A stretch of DNA of 63,756 bases, counting the filler, from Nemertoderma westbladi (taxonomy: Eukaryota; Animalia; Xenacoelomorpha), in assembly GCA_032718475.1 (NCBI GenBank). It is 3 parts of 3 records of this genome, joined end to end, with 100 filler letters (N's around TTAATTAATTAA, not from the genome) between each part and the next. Parts side by side here need not be neighbours in the genome. Positions count along the whole stretch, not along the records: positions 28,604 to 56,209 come from JAUCBJ010005401.1; 2 more parts are not named here. The stretch is one strand, 5' to 3'. Within the stretch, counting starts at the first letter, position 1, and the number at the start of each line of letters is the position of its first letter. Below, piece by piece: positions 39,547 to 53,300 of this stretch. Below the pieces are notes generated by a model. The model searched no databases. It had not been told where the DNA came from and saw only the letters and a list, made by a program, of their open reading frames with translations. A program made the translations under genes and the position numbers.

Positions 39547-41920
39547 CAGGGCCGGATTAAGGTTATCAGGGCTGTGGGCTGAGTAATAAAAAGGGCCGTT
39601 TTCCAACGGGTACAAAATAACATGAAAAACTAAATATTTTACATATAATTATTATTAATTATTTACTATAAAGAAACCGAGTGCTAATTACAGCAATGGA
39701 GTAAACTCAAAAATTAATGCAAAAAGCACCTACAACTGAAAGAAAGACACAGAATTGTTTAATATTACAGTAAATTATTAACTAATAAAATACTAATTAC
39801 AATACATAAAACATACAATAAAATTTTAATATACTGTATATATGGAAATTGTTACATATACAAATACATGCACATACAAATTGTTAGTTAGAGATGCATC
39901 AATTGTTATTAAATTAAAATTATAATTTTAAATAAATTGTAATTTTTGTGAAATTGCAGATATTTGTGAACTGATATAGCAGAGGCTATCTATATAATAT
40001 AATATATAGCGAACAAATATAATTATTATATAGGTTACATTATATGTTAAATTAGACTGGAGGTTTCCGTGCTTTCCGTTTTGAAAAGTCTCTTATTATT
40101 TTTGATAGATCGATCTGGGACAAGACAGAGTTTTCGATATTCAGAATAGACAGACTGTTCAGGCGTTCCTGGCCCATTGTGCTCCGCAGCTGACTTTTGA
40201 TTCGTTTCAACGTAGAGAAGGAACGCTCACCCTCGCAGACTGTAACCATGAGGGCTAAATAGATGCGGAGTATAACCTCAATATTGGGAAATGTCGATTC
40301 AACTCCATTCCTTGTTATGAGAAGATACATAACAAGTTCTTTACTTGCATTAGTGTCCTTGCTTTTAAATTCGCTCAAGGTTTCTTTAGCAAAGGAAGAA
40401 CTGATAAACTTGGAGAAATGGATCAATTCGTTTGAAATACTGTCATCAAAGTCACCTGGATAAGATTCCAATAATTTCTTTGCGGACCTGGAAATATCAG
40501 CAGCCTGGCATAGTTTCTAGGTTTGTTAGGAAACCGAATTTTTCAGAGAGATTTAAGTATGCCTTTAGGCGGACCTTGAGATCGGAAATCAAACGGTCTA
40601 TAATCGGTAAGAACGATTCCACCTCAAACTGTTTGCTTGGACATAATTCGGAATCTGGACAATCACCATCATCATACCTAGAAAAGAGTTTTGATGTAAA
40701 AGATAATTGAACAGATGGCTTAACAAAACGAGAACAAAAAGAAGCATATGTGTCTGTCGGTTTGTCTGTCTGTCCGTCTGTTAAAATATAATGAAAGCAT
40801 TCCACCTAGCTAGAAGTTTTGTTATGGTGGTTGGTTATCCTGGTTGCTGATTTCATTTCTGATGTCAGTTTTCATGTTTGACGGCAACCTATGTTTGTAT
40901 GTCGGTTTTTCTGTCTGTCCAGCAATCTGCCTGTCAAAGTAATAAGCAGACAGACAGATTGTCTGATGTCTGATTTTTCCCCAAACTTCAGATTCTTTTT
41001 AAACGAATGAAAACCTTTTTCAAACTTTGTTGCAATTATTGGACAGTTAACTTAGTTACTTAATTCGTATAATAATTAGCGTTATTTCACTTTCACCTAG
41101 AAAAGGAGTCAACTGGTAAACGGATTTTAAATGGTCATGACGCTTACAATAACATTCAATTTTATTTGAAATTAAACTTTTTTAAAATTCGATTTATAAC
41201 GCATTGAAAAGGTAAATAAATTTTCACTTTTATTCATTTTACTTTTTATGAAAATTCACTTTCACTTTTATGAAAAACCCAAAATCGACAAAATAACCAG
41301 TTAACCCCATTTTTAACTCCAGACACACCACATAAATATATAATTTTACTAACTATAACATAACATATAACATAGTTAACAAAGTATAACACTTGTATTA
41401 CGTTTCCCTTTTCTTCTGGTTATTCTAACATAATCCTCACCGCATCGTTCTTTGCCTTGTTGTTCAAACTTAGGAAATTGAGTTCGCAACTCTTCAACAA
41501 ATTCGGTTAATGACTTCAGCAAAGAAACAGCTTGGTTTATATCCAGAGAAGAGGATTGAAGAAGGGTGTTGGTAGACTGAAACCTTTCCAGAATTGTATG
41601 CCAGACTTCAGCCATTATTGATATTTCGAGTGATCCCATCTGATCAGCCAAACCCCTGGCTTCAGCACGACAATCCGGCTTCTGGGCACTGTTATTAGAT
41701 ATATCCGTAAGGGCGGCATTACGAATTTCTCCATAACCTCGCTCAAGAGCACCTGTGGCATCTGCTCTGGCCGACCACCTTGTCTCCGAGAGGACCTTAA
41801 CAGTTGGTAGCTTTCGATCTTTAAGATGGTTTTGCAAAATAGACCAGCGATAGGTAGAAGCAGAGAAAAATGAATATAATTTTTCAACAAAGCTTTGTAA
41901 GGCGTAACAGACACAAGTTT
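39547..41920 (-). mobile_element. Defective hAT transposon (ZMYM1-like transposase), 3' half
   Basis: TIR-like CAGGGCCGGATTAAGG at 39547. Fragments LYSFFSASTYRW...TRWSAR (41376-41945), YDDG...IIDRLISDLKVR, and the hAT dimerisation domain FPNIEVILRIYL...ERSFSTLKRIKSQLRSTMGQERLNSLSIL (40052-40471). Frameshifted and interrupted. Confidence 0.9.
40715..41115 (-). repeat. Copy of the 7315-8180 dispersed repeat inside the hAT transposase interruption
   Basis: Reverse-complement similarity to 7321-7680. Confidence 0.7.
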
Positions 41921-42215
41921 GTGGTTTGCTTTTCATCATGAACATAAGATAACCCTCCTATTTAGAATGAGCGTGTGGGTACGCTTTGTTGAGCGTTGCT
42001 ACCGCTACTGGTTGACTGCTGATCGGTATTGATATATTATTGAGTCTGACGTCCGAGTAGTTTCAGAAATAATCGTGGTAAGCTGTCATTTATGTTTTAT
42101 TTATCAATTTCCCGAATTCATGATTCTGTAAGTCTATTAATAATATGGAGCAAAAGCATTCGGTCGCTCATATTGATTTTGAAGTCTTTTCGCGAAATCA
42201 ATTACAATTACAATC

Positions 42216-44325
42216 TCAGGTCAGGTCAGGTATTCTAGGTCATTGATCAAGAAAACTTGCCACCTCCATGCAGCATAAAGGAGGTGCCACCTGTAGCTGC
42301 ATAGACCCTCTTACTAGGGCAAATCTGGTCCTGTAACTAGGACCCCCTTCATTCTGGGATAAGGACACCCTTGGTCCTGGATTAAGGACCCATATACTTG
42401 GCTGCAGGGGTATATGGCCTGACCAGGCAGATGGTGATCTACCAATGGCTGGTCAGGAGTAGAGTGTTCTCATGTCCACTCTGAGGGCACTTCACTGCGA
42501 CCTGCACCTGGCAGCAAGGGTACGGGGCATGACCCAGCAGATGAGCTGCAACAGCCAATGGTGGGTCATGTACGCCAGAGTAGATATGGGTGATGGGCCT
42601 CATATCTGACTCCATTGCGACACCCACCCTGTGGAATGGCAAACCAGGGTGTGGTATTTGCCCCGAGAGCTGACTCGGCAAAAAAGCACCCCCCAACCCC
42701 CACTATGGATTACATTAGTAATGCGGAGGTCCGGCCACTAGAGGCCAGTGGAATTACCGGACACAATCGGCCTCACAGGCGTCAGTTAACTCCTGACCGG
42801 CTGCCTGTCTCACCCCCTACTGGAGAGAGAGCAGCCAACAATTCTTTGAGCCCCTTTCCTGATGACCTTTCTGGCCCAAACCCTGGGTCACCAGGGAGGC
42901 CAGATTGTGATGGGGAGAGGGATTCTGGAGTTGGAGGCTACTCTCATGTTCCACCCCGACCAACAAAGCCATTGGTGAATCTGAGGCAAGTCACTAGACT
43001 AGCCTCAGTAAACACCCTAACACTCGGGTCCCCAATGCGACAAGGTGAGCTGACTGCCTTGGCAGATAAGCTTTCTCTTAGCGCAGTGGGTGTTCAAGAG
43101 CACCGAATGCAGACTGGACAGACTGATGAGGTTCTGATTAAGGACATGGGGGGCGGTTGGCCACTCGCCCTCGCGTCAGCAGATGATAGTGGCAATGGTG
43201 GAATCTGGTCTATTGATGAATCCAACTGCACATGCAGCATTGGACAAAATAGACCAAATCTCTATACGATGGTATACGATGGTTCGACAACATTTGTGTC
43301 TACTGTTGACGGTGACACAGAACCATTTGAAGTGTTATGGGGCGTCCTCCAAGGAGACACCCTTGCACCATTCTTGTTCATTATTGTGGTTGACTATGTT
43401 ATACGCATGTCCTTAGATCATCATAATGATGATGGGGTGATGATAACTCCACCTACTGGCTCCAGAAGTCGAGGAAATCCTGCCAAGTACCTAACTGGTC
43501 TAGACTTTGCTGATGACTTAGGAGTACTCTCAGAATCATTAGAGGGAGCCCAGCGGCTCCTCAGCTCATTAGAACATGCTGCTTCTAGTGTTGGTCTTTT
43601 TATTAACTCCAGAAAGACCAAAATTCTGACAGTTAACTTTGAAAGTCCTCAGCAAGTGTCTGATCGGATGAGCATAAGCTCAAAGGATGGTATGCTTGAG
43701 CATGTGGACGACTTCTGTTACCTGGGATCATGGATCCGGAAGTCAGGTGAGGACCTTCGAATACGTAAGGGAAAGGCATGGGCAGCCTTGAATAGGCTTT
43801 CCAGGATTTGGAAGTCACCTAGAATTAATCGGAAACTTAAGGTCCGATTATTTAGAGCAGCAGTAGTTCCAGTACTCCTCTACGGGAGTCCATGCTGGGC
43901 TCTAACTGCTGAGGACACCAAATCTCTGGATGGCACATTCACAAGAATGCTACGCCGGGTACATTGTGTCAAGTACAATGCACACATCTCCAACCAGACA
44001 CTATATAACATTGGAGGTGTCTCATTGGTTCCCCCAAGCTTGACACCTGAACAAAATCGCCTCCGCTTTGCAGGACATTGCTTTCGCCGTGAGGACCAGC
44101 CAGTGCATAATTCTGTACTTTGGCAGCCTCATGGAGTGAATAAGCATGGTGGACAGCCCATGACTTTCTAGAGACGCATCTTAAATGACCCTGGCCTTAG
44201 AGATGCGGATGATCTAGCAAATGTCATGGGTGATAGGGAGTTGTGGCGGTGCAATTTTGTTGACAGGCCGGCACAGCATTCTTAAAAATGCAGCTGCAAT
44301 GCAGCATGCCGATTCTAGTAGTAGT
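42216..44325 (+). mobile_element. RTE-clade LINE with intact ends and an internal deletion
   Basis: 10-bp TSD AATTACAATC (42206-42215, 44326-44335) and (TAG)n tail. The ORF has the APE N-terminus (ASVNTLTL, GVQEHR) running into the RT second half (GVLQGDTLAPFLF, FADD, FCYLGS, LLYGSPCW). Confidence 0.92.
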
Positions 44326-44614
44326 AATTACAATCCCCATTTTTCGTTCTGTTCGATTACTGACCTTTCCTCATTGGGCGTTGGCGTTTGGTTCAAATGA
44401 GTATAAGAGACAGAAGTGGGACGCCAAACAAAAGACCGAATATGTTTTGAAAATGAATATAGTCGGCTATTTTAATTTCCTACAAATTTTGCAAGCGCCA
44501 ATACAATTTCAGTGAAATTATCGAATTTTACTGATATGGATGTGAATTTGATACTTGAACACTATTACTACTGTATATTGTATTGGTATTGGAATCTATT
44601 TCTTTATTTTCTAG

Positions 44615-44737
44615 TTGTGCCAACAATGAGGTTTGTAACCCCTTCAGTGGTGAATGTGATTGCATACCCGGAAAAATGGGTTTCAATTGCGACAGATCGT
44701 GCCCGGAAGGAAAATTCGGAAGTGGTTGTACTAAAAG
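44615..44737 (+). CDS. Multiple-EGF-like protein, exon
   Basis: ttttctag / gttagt, phase 2-2; CANNEVCNPFSGECDCIPGKMGFNCDRSCPEGKFGSGCTK. Confidence 0.9.
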
Positions 44738-44877
44738 GTTAGTCCCAATTTAGAGATCTTTCAATATATTGGAAATAAGTTTTATAAAATGAGTTTTTCC
44801 CTCTATACTACTGTATAATACAGTAGCCTACACGTCATGGCTTCGGAATTTTACCCCACTTGATATATTTGCTTTAG

Positions 44878-45012
44878 TTGTGGTTGTGATAATGGCGCTA
44901 AATGCGACCCACTCAATGGTTCCTGCTTATGTCGTAAGGGTTGGATGGGAACTACTTGTTCTGAGCCGTGCAAAATTGGTTTCTTCGGATCTAACTGTAT
45001 AAACGAGTGTCG
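44878..45012 (+). CDS. Multiple-EGF-like protein, exon
   Basis: gctttag / gtaagt, phase 2-2; CGCDNGAKCDPLNGSCLCRKGWMGTTCSEPCKIGFFGSNCINEC. Confidence 0.9.
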
Positions 45013-46123
45013 GTAAGTTATTTTATAGGTACGTAGTCAGCAAAGTCAACTGAGAGTCGGTATAGACTTTACTTACACATTTCGGTCGAATTTTTATTGA
45101 TATTTTATATATGAAGAATTAGTATTTTTATAAATTTATCCTTATAAAGTGTTTTATAGCGCTTATCTTATACCGGTAACTTCTACGGATACTAATATGT
45201 TTATGTCTAGTAAGTGTACTTTTCATGGGCCCAGTAATCAGATATAGGGCTAGCTGAATTCCAAGACTCTGAGAGAGACGTGAGTGAATCTGAAATGTAC
45301 GGCTTTCCAGATTGTTCGCCTAAACGTCAAATGTCAGATAGATTTGCAAATAATGTAGTCATATATAGCATTACAGTTGTTTCAAGAAAATAGATAACAA
45401 TCTTGGAGCGCAAGTGTTTGAGAGTCAAATTTTTAATCCGAAATACAGTACCGATACTGCAAAGGGGGCAGGGAGTTTGACGGGTGGTGTGGTGAAATTT
45501 TATAAATAGTTTTATTGCTTGCATCCAGCGCAGAATATAATGGGGATTGCAAATCTGAAAACCGCTTAGAGAGATCTCGTTTAGTTCTCGACTTATCGTG
45601 GAATATCTGTCTGAATCTGTCTGTCAAAATATAAGACAGACAGACAGACAACCGACCGATGGACAGACTAGGTTCCACCGAATAATTTTTTTTTTTACAA
45701 AATTGCAATTTTCAGAAATAGGAAATTAAAATACAAAAAATGGTCGAAACTATGATGAAAATGAAACATGCTGGTTCCAAAAAATGTGGTACCGAAAAAT
45801 AAAAATGGAAAATTTCGGAGTAGTCTTTTTAGCGAAAACCTCACGCCAGCCGCTAGGGGGCGCCAAATTTTTTTTAAACAATTTATTTACTTTAGTTCAT
45901 TCTCTTTTCGATGGTATATCGTTTTCTTTGCATTTCAAACAACATTGGAGATATACTGTAAACACCCCCCCCCCCCCCCCCCCCCCCCCCTTAATAACAC
46001 GAGGTTGTGGCAGCTAGCCCAACACTGTAATGTTATAATGTGCTATGTATATTATTAGACTTAAATAATAATGTTCAGTAGTTATTTTTAATACATTATT
46101 TACCTGTTTTTTTTATCTTGAAG

Positions 46124-46347
46124 GTGTAAGGAAGGCAACGAATGCAACAGGTACGACGGCACGTGTCTTTGTCCCCCAGGTTTAACCGGTCCAAACTGCG
46201 CTGTTCCGTGTCCGCCTGGGTCTTACGGTCCCGACTGCGAATCAAACTGTCAGTGTCAGAACGCAGCCACATGCGACTCAATAAATGGAAACTGTTTGTG
46301 CCCAAACGGGTTTTATGGTATCAATTGCAATCTAGAATGTGCTATCG
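46124..46347 (+). CDS. Multiple-EGF-like protein, exon
   Basis: cttgaag / gttagt, phase 2-1; CKEGNECNRYDGTCLCPPGLTGPNCAVPCPPGSYGPDCESNCQCQNAATCDSINGNCLCPNGFYGINCNLECAI. Confidence 0.9.
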
Positions 46348-47380
46348 GTTAGTCAGATTATGAATGCTACAGTATATGGTACCAATAATTACAAACTAAG
46401 TAAGATGTTATTCAGGTTGGTTGTATCTGTTTATGAATTGAAAGTTGTTTCACATTATGCTGCTTCTAGGGCTTTATCTGTAAATCCCTGCTATCCTGCA
46501 TGTGTTTAGTTCGATTGTACGGAGTTAGCTGGCTTAATTTAGAAAAACTATTATTATAATTCTCAATGGCCACAGTCTAATTACAAACGTACTGCACTGT
46601 AACTGCATTACTGTGACATTAACAATTAGTACCTACTGTAGTAGTACACTACCTTTCAGCCTTTACCTTCCGGTTTACCTAATGTAAGGCTAGATAAGAT
46701 GGCCCTAATAAATATGAGCCGATTATGCCTACTACCTGGCCATTCTGCTCTGGCTGTTAATTCCATATTACAGACAGAAGCCTCCTATAATTTTAGACAA
46801 TGATAGTATTGAAAAGTTATATTTTCGGCCCTGTACAAAAATCCTGCGCGGTTCGTTGCATAGCTACCCTGAGGCTGTTAGAAAATCGCGCGAGCGCAGC
46901 CCATCTCTATCGTTCCCGACGTCGGCCGTGACGGCGTGACGTTCCCGGCTGTGACGGCGGCACCAACGAAGCACATCTCTGCGGCGGTCCTTCCAGGATA
47001 CGAGCCCGGCATTCGGCATATCACATATTTTGTTAGCACAAGTCGAAGTCCAAATGCTACGCCGATCATATATAACTTTTAACAAGGACAGGCCTTACCT
47101 TACAGCTGACAACCCATGCAGATGCAGATCAAAATCATTCAAAACAGTCCGCCGTCAGCCAAGCCAAGTAAATTGTTCAATCGCAGTCCTTTGAGACCTC
47201 TGACAACGTAGGCTATTCCTGTAATAATGCTAAACTTGCCATTCACCAAATGGAAATTATATATAAATATTGTCGTGAAAATAATGTTCCATTTAAAAAT
47301 AAAACTACATATTGCATTTTAAATAACGTGGAATATATTTCACTATGCTGATTCTTTAATAACGGTGGGTATGGTGTTTG

Positions 47381-50300
47381 GATAGCGGTTAAACTAACTG
47401 AGGAACAAAGTTTAGGACAGCGGTTAAACTAACTGAGGAACAAAGTTTAGGACAGCGGTTAAACTAACTGAGGAACAAGGTTAGGACAGCGGTTAAACTA
47501 ACTGAGGAACAAAGTTTAGGACAGCGGTTAAACTAACTGAGGAACAAGGTTAGGACAGCGGTTAAACTAACTGAGGAACAAAGTTTAGGACAGCGGTTAA
47601 ACTAACTGAGGAACAAGGTTAGGACAGCGGTTAAACTAACTGAGGAACAAAGTTTAGGACAGCGGTTAAACTAACTGAGGAACAAAGTTTAGGACAGCGG
47701 TTAAACTAACTGAGGAACAAAGTTTAGGACAGCGGTTAAACTAACTGAGGAACAAGGTTAGGACAGCGGTTAAACTAACTGAGGAACAAAGTTTAGGACA
47801 GCGGTTAAACTAACTGAGGAACAAGGTTAGGACAGCGGTTAAACTAACTGAGGAACAAAGTTTAGGACAGCGGTTAAACTAACTGAGGAACAAAAGTTTA
47901 GGACAGCGGTTAAACTAACTGAGGAACAAAAGTTTAGGACAGCGGTTAAATTAACTGAGGAACAAAGTTTAGGACACCGGTTAAACTAACTGAGGAACAA
48001 GGTTAGGACAGCAGTTACACTAACTGAGTAACAAAGGTTAGGACAGCGGTTACACCAACTGAGGAACAAAGGTTAGGACAGCGGTTACACCAACTGAGGA
48101 ACAAAGGCTAGGACAGCGGTTACACCAACTGAGGAACAAAGGTTAGGACAGCAGTTAAAATAACTGAGGAACAAAATTTAGGACATCAGATAAACCAACC
48201 GAGAAACAAAGCTTAGGACAGCGGTTAAACTAACTGAGGAACAAAAGTTTAGGACAGCGGTTAAACTAACTGAGGAACAAAAGTTTAGGACAGCGGTTAA
48301 ATTAACTGAGGAACAAAGTTTAGGACACCGGTTAAACTAACTGAGGAACAAGGTTAGGACAGCAGTTACACTAACTGAGTAACAAAGGTTAGGACAGCGG
48401 TTACACCAACTGAGGAACAAAGGTTAGGACAGCGGTTACACCAACTGAGGAACAAAGGCTAGGACAGCGGTTACACCAACTGAGGAACAAAGGTTAGGAC
48501 AGCAGTTAAAATAACTGAGGAACAAAATTTAGGACATCAGATAAACCAACCGAGAAACAAAGGTTAGGACAGCGGTTAAACTAACTGAGGAACAAGGTTA
48601 GGATAGCGGTTAAACTAACTGGGGAACAAAGGTTAGGGCAGCGGTTAAACTAACTGAGGATCAAGGTTAGGACAGCGGTTAAACTAACTGAGGAACAAAG
48701 TTTAGGACAGCGGTTAAACTAACTGAGGAACAAGGTTAGGACAGCGGTTAAACTAACTGAGGAACAAAGTTTAGGACAGCGGTTAAACTAACTGAGGAAC
48801 AAAGTTTAGGACAGCGGTTAAACTAACTGAGGAACAAAGTTTAGGACAGCGGTTAAACTAACTGAGGAACAAGGTTAGGACAGCGGTTAAACTAACTGAG
48901 GAACAAAGTTTAGGACAGCGGTTAAACTAACTGAGGAACAAGGTTAGGACAGCGGTTAAACTAACTGAGGAACAAAGTTTAGGACAGCGGTTAAACTAAC
49001 TGAGGAACAAAAGTTTAGGACAGCGGTTAAACTAACTGAGGAACAAAAGTTTAGGACAGCGGTTAAATTAACTGAGGAACAAAGTTTAGGACACCGGTTA
49101 AACTAACTGAGGAACAAGGTTAGGACAGCAGTTACACTAACTGAGTAACAAAGGTTAGGACAGCGGTTACACCAACTGAGGAACAAAGGTTAGGACAGCG
49201 GTTACACCAACTGAGGAACAAAGGCTAGGACAGCGGTTACACCAACTGAGGAACAAAGGTTAGGACAGCAGTTAAAATAACTGAGGAACAAAATTTAGGA
49301 CATCAGATAAACCAACCGAGAAACAAAGGTTAGGACAGCGGTTAAACTAACTGAGGAACAAGGTTAGGATAGCGGTTAAACTAACTGGGGAACAAAGGTT
49401 AGGGCAGCGGTTAAACTAACTGAGGATCAAGGTTAGGACAGCGGTTGAACTAATTGAGAAACAATGGTTAGGGCAGCGGTTGATCCAACCGAGAAACAAA
49501 GGTTAGCACAGCAGTTAAACTAACTGAGGAACAAAGTTTAGAACATCAGTTAAACTAACCGAGGAACAAGGTTAGGACAGCGGTTGAACTAATTGAGAAA
49601 CAATGGTTAGGGCAGCGGTTGATCCAACCGAGAAACAAAGGTTAGCACAGCAGTTACACCAACTGAGAAACAAGGTTAGGGCATCAGTGACACTAACTGA
49701 GTAACAAAGGTTAGGACAGCGGTTGAACTAATTGATAAACAATGGTTAGGGCAGCGGTTGATCCAACCGAGAAACAAAGGTTAGCACAGCAGTTAAACTA
49801 ACTGAGAAACAAGGTTAGGGCAGCAGTGACACTAACTGAGTAACAAAGGTTAGGACAGCGGTTGAACTAATTGAGAAACAATGGTTAGGGCAGCGGTTGA
49901 TCCAACCGAGAAACAAAGGTTAGCACAGCAGTTAAACTAACTGAGAAACAAGGTTAGGGCAGCAGTGACACTAACTGAGTAACAAAGGTTAGGACAGCGG
50001 TTGAACTAATTGAGAAACAATGGTTAAGGCAGCGGTTGATCCAACCGAGAAACAAAGGTTAGCACAGCAGTTAAACTAACTGAGAAACAAGGTTAGGGCA
50101 GCAGTGACACTAACTGAGGAACAAAGGTTAGGACAGCGGTTACACCAACTGAGGAACAAAGGTTAGGATAGCGGTTAAACTAACTGGGGAACAAAGGTTA
50201 GGGCAGCGGTTAAACTAACTGAGGATCATAGGTTAGGACAGCGGTTGAACTAATTGAGAAACAATGGTTAGGGCAGCGGTTGATCCAACCGAGAAACAAA

Positions 50301-53300
50301 GGTTAGCACAGCAGTTAAACTAACTGAGAAACAAAGTTTAGGACATCAGTTAAACTAACCGAGGAACAAGGTTAGGATAGCGGTTAAACTAACCGAGAAA
50401 CAAAGGTTTGGACAGCGGTTAAACTAACTGAGGAACAAAGGTTAGGATAGCGGTTAAACTAACTGAGGAACAAAGGTTAGGATAGCGGTTAAACTAACTG
50501 AGGATCATAGGTTAGGACAGCGCGGTTAAACTAACGGAGAAACAAGGTTAGCACATCAGTTAAACTAACTGAGGAACAAAGTTTAGGACATCAGTTAAAC
50601 TAACCGAGGAACAAGGTTAGGACAGCGGTTGAACTAATTGAGAAACAATGGTTAGGGCAGCGGTTGATCCAATCGAGAAACAAAGGTTAGCACAGCAGTT
50701 AAACTAACTGAGGAACAAAGTTTAGGACATCAGTTAAACTAACTGAGGGACAAAGGTTAGGACAGCAGTTAAGCTAACTGAGAAACAAGGTTAGGACAGC
50801 GGTTAAACTAACCGAGAAACAAGGTTAGGACAACAGTTAAACTAACTGAGGAACAAAGGTTAGGACAGCAGTTTTTTAAAATAACTGAGAAACAAAGGTT
50901 AGGACAGCGGTTAAACTAACTGAGGAATAAAGGTTAGGACATCAGTTAAACTAACCGAGGAACAAGGTTTGGACAACGGTTGAACTAATTGAGAAACAAT
51001 GGTTAGGGCAGCGGTTGATCCAACCGAGAAACAAAGGTTAGCACAGCAGTTAAACTAACTGAGAAACAAGGTTAGGGCAGCAGTGACACTAACTGAGGAA
51101 CAAAGGTTAGGACAGCGGTTACACCAACTGAGGAACAAAGGTTAGGATAGCGGTTAAACTAACTGGGGAACAAAGGTTAGGGCAGCGGTTAAACTAACTG
51201 AGGATCATAGGTTAGGACAGCGGTTGAACTAATTGAGAAACAATGGTTAGGGCAGCGGTTGATCCAACCGAGAAACAAAGGTTAGCACAGCAGTTAAACT
51301 AACTGAGAAACAAAGTTTAGGACATCAGTTAAACTAACCGAGGAACAAGGTTAGGATAGCGGTTAAACTAACCGAGAAACAAAGGTTTGGACAGCGGTTA
51401 AACTAACTGAGGAACAAAGGTTAGGATAGCGGTTAAACTAACTGAGGAACAAAGGTTAGGATAGCGGTTAAACTAACTGAGGATCATAGGTTAGGACAGC
51501 GCGGTTAAACTAACGGAGAAACAAGGTTAGCACATCAGTTAAACTAACTGAGGAACAAAGTTTAGGACATCAGTTAAACTAACCGAGGAACAAGGTTAGG
51601 ACAGCGGTTGAACTAATTGAGAAACAATGGTTAGGGCAGCGGTTGATCCAATCGAGAAACAAAGGTTAGCACAGCAGTTAAACTAACTGAGGAACAAAGT
51701 TTAGGACATCAGTTAAACTAACTGAGGGACAAAGGTTAGGACAGCAGTTAAGCTAACTGAGAAACAAGGTTAGGACAGCGGTTAAACTAACCGAGAAACA
51801 AGGTTAGGACAACAGTTAAACTAACTGAGGAACAAAGGTTAGGACAGCAGTTTTTTAAAATAACTGAGAAACAAAGGTTAGGACAGCGGTTAAACTAACT
51901 GAGGAATAAAGGTTAGGACATCAGTTAAACTAACCGAGGAACAAGGTTTGGACAACGGTTGAACTAATTGAGAAACAATGGTTAGGGCAGCGGTTGATCC
52001 AACCGAGAAACAAAGGTTAGCACAGCAGTTAAACTAACTGAGAAACAAGGTTAGGGCATCAGTTAAACTAACCGAGGAACAAGGTTAGGATAGCGGTTAA
52101 ACTAACCGAGAAACAAAGGTTAGGACAGCGGTTAAACTAACTGAGGAATAAAGGTTAGGACATCAGTTAAACTAACCGAGGAACAAGGTTTGGACAACGG
52201 TTGAACTAATTGAGAAACAATGGTTAGGGCAGCGGTTGATCCAACCGAGAAACAAAGGTTAGCACAGCAGTTAAACTAACTGAGGAACAAAGTTTAGGAC
52301 ATCAGTTAAACTAACCGAGGAACAAGGTTAGGATAGCGGTTAAACTAACCGAGAAACAAAGGTTTGGACAGCGGTTAAACTAACTGAGGAACAAGGTTAG
52401 GACAGCGGTTAAACTAACTGGGGAACAAAGGTTAGGGCAGCGGTTAAACTAACTGAGGATCATAGGTTAGGACAGCGCGGTTAAACTAACGGAGAAACAA
52501 GGTTAGCACATCAGTTAAACTAACTGAGGAACAAAGTTTAGGATATCAGTTAAACTAACCGACGAACAAGGTTAGGACAGCGGTTGAACTAATTGAGAAA
52601 CAATGGTTAGGGCAGCGGTTGATCCAATCGAGAAACAAAGGTTAGCACAGCAGTTAAACTAACTGAGGAACAAAGTTTAGGACATCAGTTAAACTAACTG
52701 AGGGACAAAGGTTAGGACAGCAGTTAAGCTAACTGAGAAACAAGGTTAGGACAGCGGTTAAACTAACCGAGAAACAAGGTTAGGACAACAGTTAAACTAA
52801 CTGAGGAACAAAGGTTAGGACAGCGGTTAAACTAACTGAGGAACAAAGTTTAGGACAGCGGATAAACTAACTGAGGAACAAAGGCTAGGACAGCGGTTAC
52901 ACCAACTGAGGAACAAAGGTTAGGACAGCAGTTAAAATAACTGAGGAACAAAGTTTAGGACATCAGATAAACCAACCGAGAAACAAAGGTTAGGACAGCG
53001 GTTAAACTAACTGAGGAACAAGGTTAGAATAGCGGTTAAACTAACTGGGGAACAAAGGTTAGGGCAGCGGTTAAACTAACTGAGGATCAAGGTTAGGACA
53101 GCGGTTGAACTAATTGAGAAACAATGGTTAGGGCAGCGGTTGATCCAACCGAGAAACAAAGGTTAGCACAGCAGTTAAACTAACTGAGGAACAAGGTTAG
53201 GGCAGCAGTGACACTAACTGAGTAACAAAGGTTAGGACAGCGGTTGAACTAATTGAGAAACAATGGTTAGGGCAGCGGTTGATCCAACCGAGAAACAAAG

